The position numbers and the translations under genes were made by a program. From an archaeon (GTDB taxonomy: Archaea > Nanobdellota > Nanobdellia > Pacearchaeales > UBA284), in NCBI GenBank assembly GCA_030619955.1, contig JAUXAK010000001.1, forward strand, positions 1 through 28,607: a DNA stretch of 28,607 nucleotides. The letters run 5' to 3'. Shown piece after piece: positions 25,782-28,607 of this stretch (positions are counted from its first letter, which is position 1; every line of letters begins with the position of its first letter). The notes below the pieces were generated by a model. It did no database searches, had not been told where the DNA came from, and worked only from the letters and a program-made list of their open reading frames with translations.

Positions 25782-26720
25782 ATGCAAACTGAAATTTTAA
25801 ATGTAAAGGAACAAAAATTATATGACAGGTTGAAATGTCAATTCGTATGGTCTTATCATCATAAAAATCAAACTAAGGAAAAAAATAAAAAAAGCAAAAA
25901 AACATTATTGGTTAAGACTATTTTATTAATTCTTGGAGGATTATTTTTTATAACACCCAGTTATGTTTATACAAAAAAAATTAAAGAAATAGAAAAAGAA
26001 ATTGCTGGGAGAGAAAAATCATTTATAGAAGAAAAAGCAAGAAGTTTAAGTAATGCTGTTGTTTATAAAAAAAATCTGGAAGAACAATTTGGATTTTCAC
26101 CAACAGCAAAAAAAATAAGACTTGGTGATATTATAAATAGTGAATGCAATGAATATGCTTTCTTAGATTCAATTGAAATTGAAATAAAAGATAAAGAAGA
26201 ACCAAGTTTTATTTATCCAATAGAGAATTGGCATATCAGCTCACGATTTGGTAGGAGAAAGATAAAAGTCATGGGTGGTTTTCACAAAGGTTTTCATACT
26301 GGAATTGATTTAACAAAGTTAAGGGGTAATACCGATGGTTCAGATGTTTATGCTGTTGCAGATGGAATAGTCAAAGAAATTGTAAGAAATTATAAAAAAA
26401 ATAAAGGATTTGGACGTTATGTTTTGATTGACCATCCTAATTATGAGAATGATGCAATGAAAATAGAAACAATATATGCACATTTAAGTAAAATTTTAGC
26501 TGAGGTTGGGGATACAGTAAAAGCAGGCGATGTTATTGGAAAAGTAGGAACTACAGGTTTTAGCAGTGGCTCTCATTTACATTTTGAAGTTCAAATAGAT
26601 GGTAAACCTGAAGATCCACGAATATTTTTAGAAGAAAATAGAGAAAAATTTTTGCAAAAAAGCCGTGAAGAAAAGATGAATATGCATAAATTAAAGGTAA
26701 TTGAGTATTTAGCTTCTTAA
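25782..26720 (+). CDS. Membrane-anchored M23 family (LytM) metallopeptidase
   Basis: N-terminal TM (ILLILGGLFFITPSYVY) and coiled coil, then ISSRFG, FHTGIDL (HxxxD), VYAVADG, GRYVLIDH, TIYAHLS, VKAGDVIG.VG.TG, GSHLHFEV (HxH). Confidence 0.95.
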   Translation: MQTEILNVKEQKLYDRLKCQFVWSYHHKNQTKEKNKKSKKTLLVKTILLILGGLFFITPSYVYTKKIKEIEKEIAGREKSFIEEKARSLSNAVVYKKNLEEQFGFSPTAKKIRLGDIINSECNEYAFLDSIEIEIKDKEEPSFIYPIENWHISSRFGRRKIKVMGGFHKGFHTGIDLTKLRGNTDGSDVYAVADGIVKEIVRNYKKNKGFGRYVLIDHPNYENDAMKIETIYAHLSKILAEVGDTVKAGDVIGKVGTTGFSSGSHLHFEVQIDGKPEDPRIFLEENREKFLQKSREEKMNMHKLKVIEYLAS

Positions 26721-26839
26721 TTGGCTTTTTAATTTGATTTTTTTAAAATTTTATATTTTTTATATCTCTTTCTAATGTCTTCTTGGTTTTAGGAAAAAGA
26801 GCAGGGTATGACAGCAATGATAAAATCAAGCATGTATTT

Positions 26840-27193
26840 TTATAGCTTTTCCACCACCTTTACTTTTTCTCGTTGTTCTAATCCAAGCCTTTTATGAATA
26901 ATAGATTTGGCTATTAACCATTGCAGTCTTGATAGTTCTTGTGCAATTGGATTTTTTTCATTCAAGCGAAACATTTTTGCTTTTCCTACTACTCTTGTTT
27001 GTTTAACTAAATTTGTTTCCAACAATTTTGGCCATATAAGCATTAAATTTGAATAACTCACTTTTGCATTTCTCGCTATGTCTGTTAAACTATAGTCAAA
27101 TTTTTGAAAAGTTAATAAAAAATCTAAGATCCTTAATTTAGGTGTGTCCCCTACAACTTGCAAAAATATTGATATTTCATTATTCTTTTTCAT
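26840..27193 (-). CDS. Winged helix-turn-helix DNA-binding protein
   Basis: GDTPKLRILDFL..DYSLTDIARNAKVSYSNL..LVKQTRVVGKAKMFRLN. Confidence 0.82.
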   Translation of the reverse strand: MKKNNEISIFLQVVGDTPKLRILDFLLTFQKFDYSLTDIARNAKVSYSNLMLIWPKLLETNLVKQTRVVGKAKMFRLNEKNPIAQELSRLQWLIAKSIIHKRLGLEQREKVKVVEKL

Positions 27194-27207
27194 GTTATTA
27201 TTACAAG

Positions 27208-27279
27208 TAGCTAATATTAACTAATATTTAAACCTTTCGTTTTTGTAGTATATTATCCAAAAATAGAAATATTACAAAA
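27208..27279. promoter_or_regulatory. Divergent promoters with two imperfect inverted repeats (candidate operators)
   Basis: TAGCTAATATTAACTA (27208-27223, 14/16 palindromic) next to the minus-strand TATA TTTAAATA (27232-27225). TTTTGTAGTAT-N17-ATATTACAAAA (27241-27279) abuts the plus-strand TATA TTTATAAA (27280-27287). Confidence 0.5.
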
Positions 27280-27308
27280 TTTATAAATAACAGATTATAA
27301 CAGGATTT

Positions 27309-27602
27309 ATGACTTTGTCAGAAAAAGAGATAATTGCAACAATTTTTAGAAAAATGTTTTTAATGGGAAAAATAGGGCATTCTCATACTTCTTTTGATAA
27401 TTTACAAAAAAGCTTTCCTTCTGAAATCAGAAAAGAAGTCAAAAAAGTAGATAAAAAACTAATCAGCCAAGGTTATCTTTTAGCTGGCAAGCATGGCTAT
27501 GGACTTGGAGTTTCTCTTAATTATAAAAGGCTCTTAGAAATTGAGAAAATAATTGTTGATGTTTTTCCTGAACTTAAAGAAAGATTTAAATTTATAACCT
27601 AA
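27309..27602 (+). CDS. Hypothetical small basic protein, possibly winged-helix
   Basis: GKIGHSHTSFDNLQKSFP..LISQGYL..YGLGVSLN. Properly spaced TATA. Confidence 0.65.
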   Translation: MTLSEKEIIATIFRKMFLMGKIGHSHTSFDNLQKSFPSEIRKEVKKVDKKLISQGYLLAGKHGYGLGVSLNYKRLLEIEKIIVDVFPELKERFKFIT

Positions 27603-27662
27603 ATGTTTTCATAAAAATAAAAAACTAAGAAACTTTTTAAATTCAATTATCCTCTTATTATT

Positions 27663-28355
27663 ATGGTTAAAAAAACAAGAAAAACAAGAAAAGCAAAAAA
27701 GAAAATAAAGAAAAAAGTTAAGAAATTAAAACCAAAAACAAAACATCTTAAGATTTTAGCTGTAGGTGACTTGCATGGTGACTCTCGTCGAGCATCAAAA
27801 CTTGCTGAAAAAGCTAAAAAACAAAAAGTTGACCTTGTTGTTTTAAGTGGAGACTTAACTTTTGCTGAATCTAATTTAGATTATCTTGTAGGACCTTTTG
27901 CCAAACGTAAGTTGGATGTTTTTATTATTCCTGGAAATCATGAGACACTTGCTACTGCAAATTTTTTAGAAAAACTTTACTCGCCCCAGGTAAAAAATAT
28001 TCATGGTAAAGGTTTTAAAGAAGCTAATATTGGCATATTTGGTGCTGGTGGTGCTAATATTGGTCCTTTTCTAATTAGTGAAAAAGAAATCTATGGTGCT
28101 TTAAAAAAAGGTTTTGAAAAGATTAAAAATGTAAGAAAAAAAATTATGATAACCCATGTTCACCCTTCAAAAACTTTGATGTCTAAACTCACTGCTTTTG
28201 TGCCAGGCTCAGAGAGCGTAAGAAAAGCTATTGAGACATTTAAACCAGATATTGCTATATGCTCTCATGTTCATGAAGCTGAAGGCATAGAGGAAAAAAT
28301 TGGAAAAACAAAAGTAATAAATGTTGGCAGTAAAGGCAAGATAATTGTGATTTAA
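27663..28355 (+). CDS. Calcineurin-like metallophosphoesterase with Lys-rich N-terminus
   Basis: GDLHG, SGDLT, PGNHE, THVHP, SHVHE: all five family motifs are present. Confidence 0.93.
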   Translation: MVKKTRKTRKAKKKIKKKVKKLKPKTKHLKILAVGDLHGDSRRASKLAEKAKKQKVDLVVLSGDLTFAESNLDYLVGPFAKRKLDVFIIPGNHETLATANFLEKLYSPQVKNIHGKGFKEANIGIFGAGGANIGPFLISEKEIYGALKKGFEKIKNVRKKIMITHVHPSKTLMSKLTAFVPGSESVRKAIETFKPDIAICSHVHEAEGIEEKIGKTKVINVGSKGKIIVI

Positions 28356-28376
28356 AATAGCCAACAATTTTTTATC

Positions 28377-28607
28377 ATGGCAGAAAATATTATTATATCA
28401 AATAAAGAAAAGTTAGAAAAAATAAAATATAAGATATTCAAAGCAGGAGTTAGCAAGTTTCATGTAATAACTGATTTTGACAGAACCTTAACAAAAGTTT
28501 TTGTTGATGACAAAGAAGTTCCATCTCTTATTTCAATTTTGCGTGATGGAAATTATTTAACTTCAGATTATGCTAAAAAAGCTCATGCATTATTTGAAAA
28601 ATATCAC
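28377..28607 (+). CDS. Pyrimidine 5'-nucleotidase cN-III/NT5C3 (UMPH-1)-like HAD protein, 3'-truncated by the window edge
   Basis: My translation: MAENIIISNKEKLEKIKYKIFKAGVSKFHVITDFDRTLTKVFVDDKEVPSLISILRDGNYLTSDYAKKAHALFEKYH. The G.SK.HVITDFD.TL segment matches cN-III [16 protein letters not shown]. Not in the ORF track. Confidence 0.8.
   Translation, partial: MAENIIISNKEKLEKIKYKIFKAGVSKFHVITDFDRTLTKVFVDDKEVPSLISILRDGNYLTSDYAKKAHALFEKYH

Noticed and set aside
26721-26839. Possible toxin remnant or mini-ORF downstream of the wHTH gene (MLDFIIAVIPCSFS; alternative frame ..YPALFPKTKKTLERDIKNIKF)
   Set aside because: Too short, with no recognisable motif and no supporting start signal.
1-28607. 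CRISPR arrays, IS elements, prophage genes, rRNA, alternative genetic code
   Set aside because: No repeat-spacer periodicity, transposase, integrase, capsid or rRNA sequence seen. TAA, TAG and TGA all end conserved genes at expected positions.

Overview
AT-rich, densely packed archaeal chromosomal segment with the gene content of a DPANN/Nanobdellota genome (Pacearchaeota/Woesearchaeota-like; lineage is my inference). It is mostly housekeeping: rpl15e, nre, a ZIP transporter, iorA/iorB, a split metG, TFS, Pop5, rfcL/rfcS, serS, three tRNAs (Gly-CCC, Lys-CTT, Leu-TAA) and an SRP RNA that the ORF track does not show. It also holds several phosphoesterases/hydrolases and a surface block of five type IV pilin-like genes with a nearby membrane-anchored M23 peptidase. 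I see no CRISPR array, transposase, integrase or intein. Most notable: (1) an apparent homolog of the eukaryotic 14-kDa phosphohistidine phosphatase PHPT1/Janus-Ocnus with the catalytic His kept (17318-17719); (2) an SRP RNA that appears to lack helix 6 and has a variant helix 8; (3) an M23 peptidoglycan-hydrolase-type enzyme in an archaeon, near the pilin cluster; (4) an ATPase-less protein resembling the N-terminal domain of VirB11/TadA/FlaI ATPases; (5) a eukaryote-like cN-III/NT5C3 nucleotidase cut by the window edge; (6) a methyltransferase inserted cleanly between iorA and iorB. All family calls come from reading motifs by eye and from remembered reference sequences; no searches were run.
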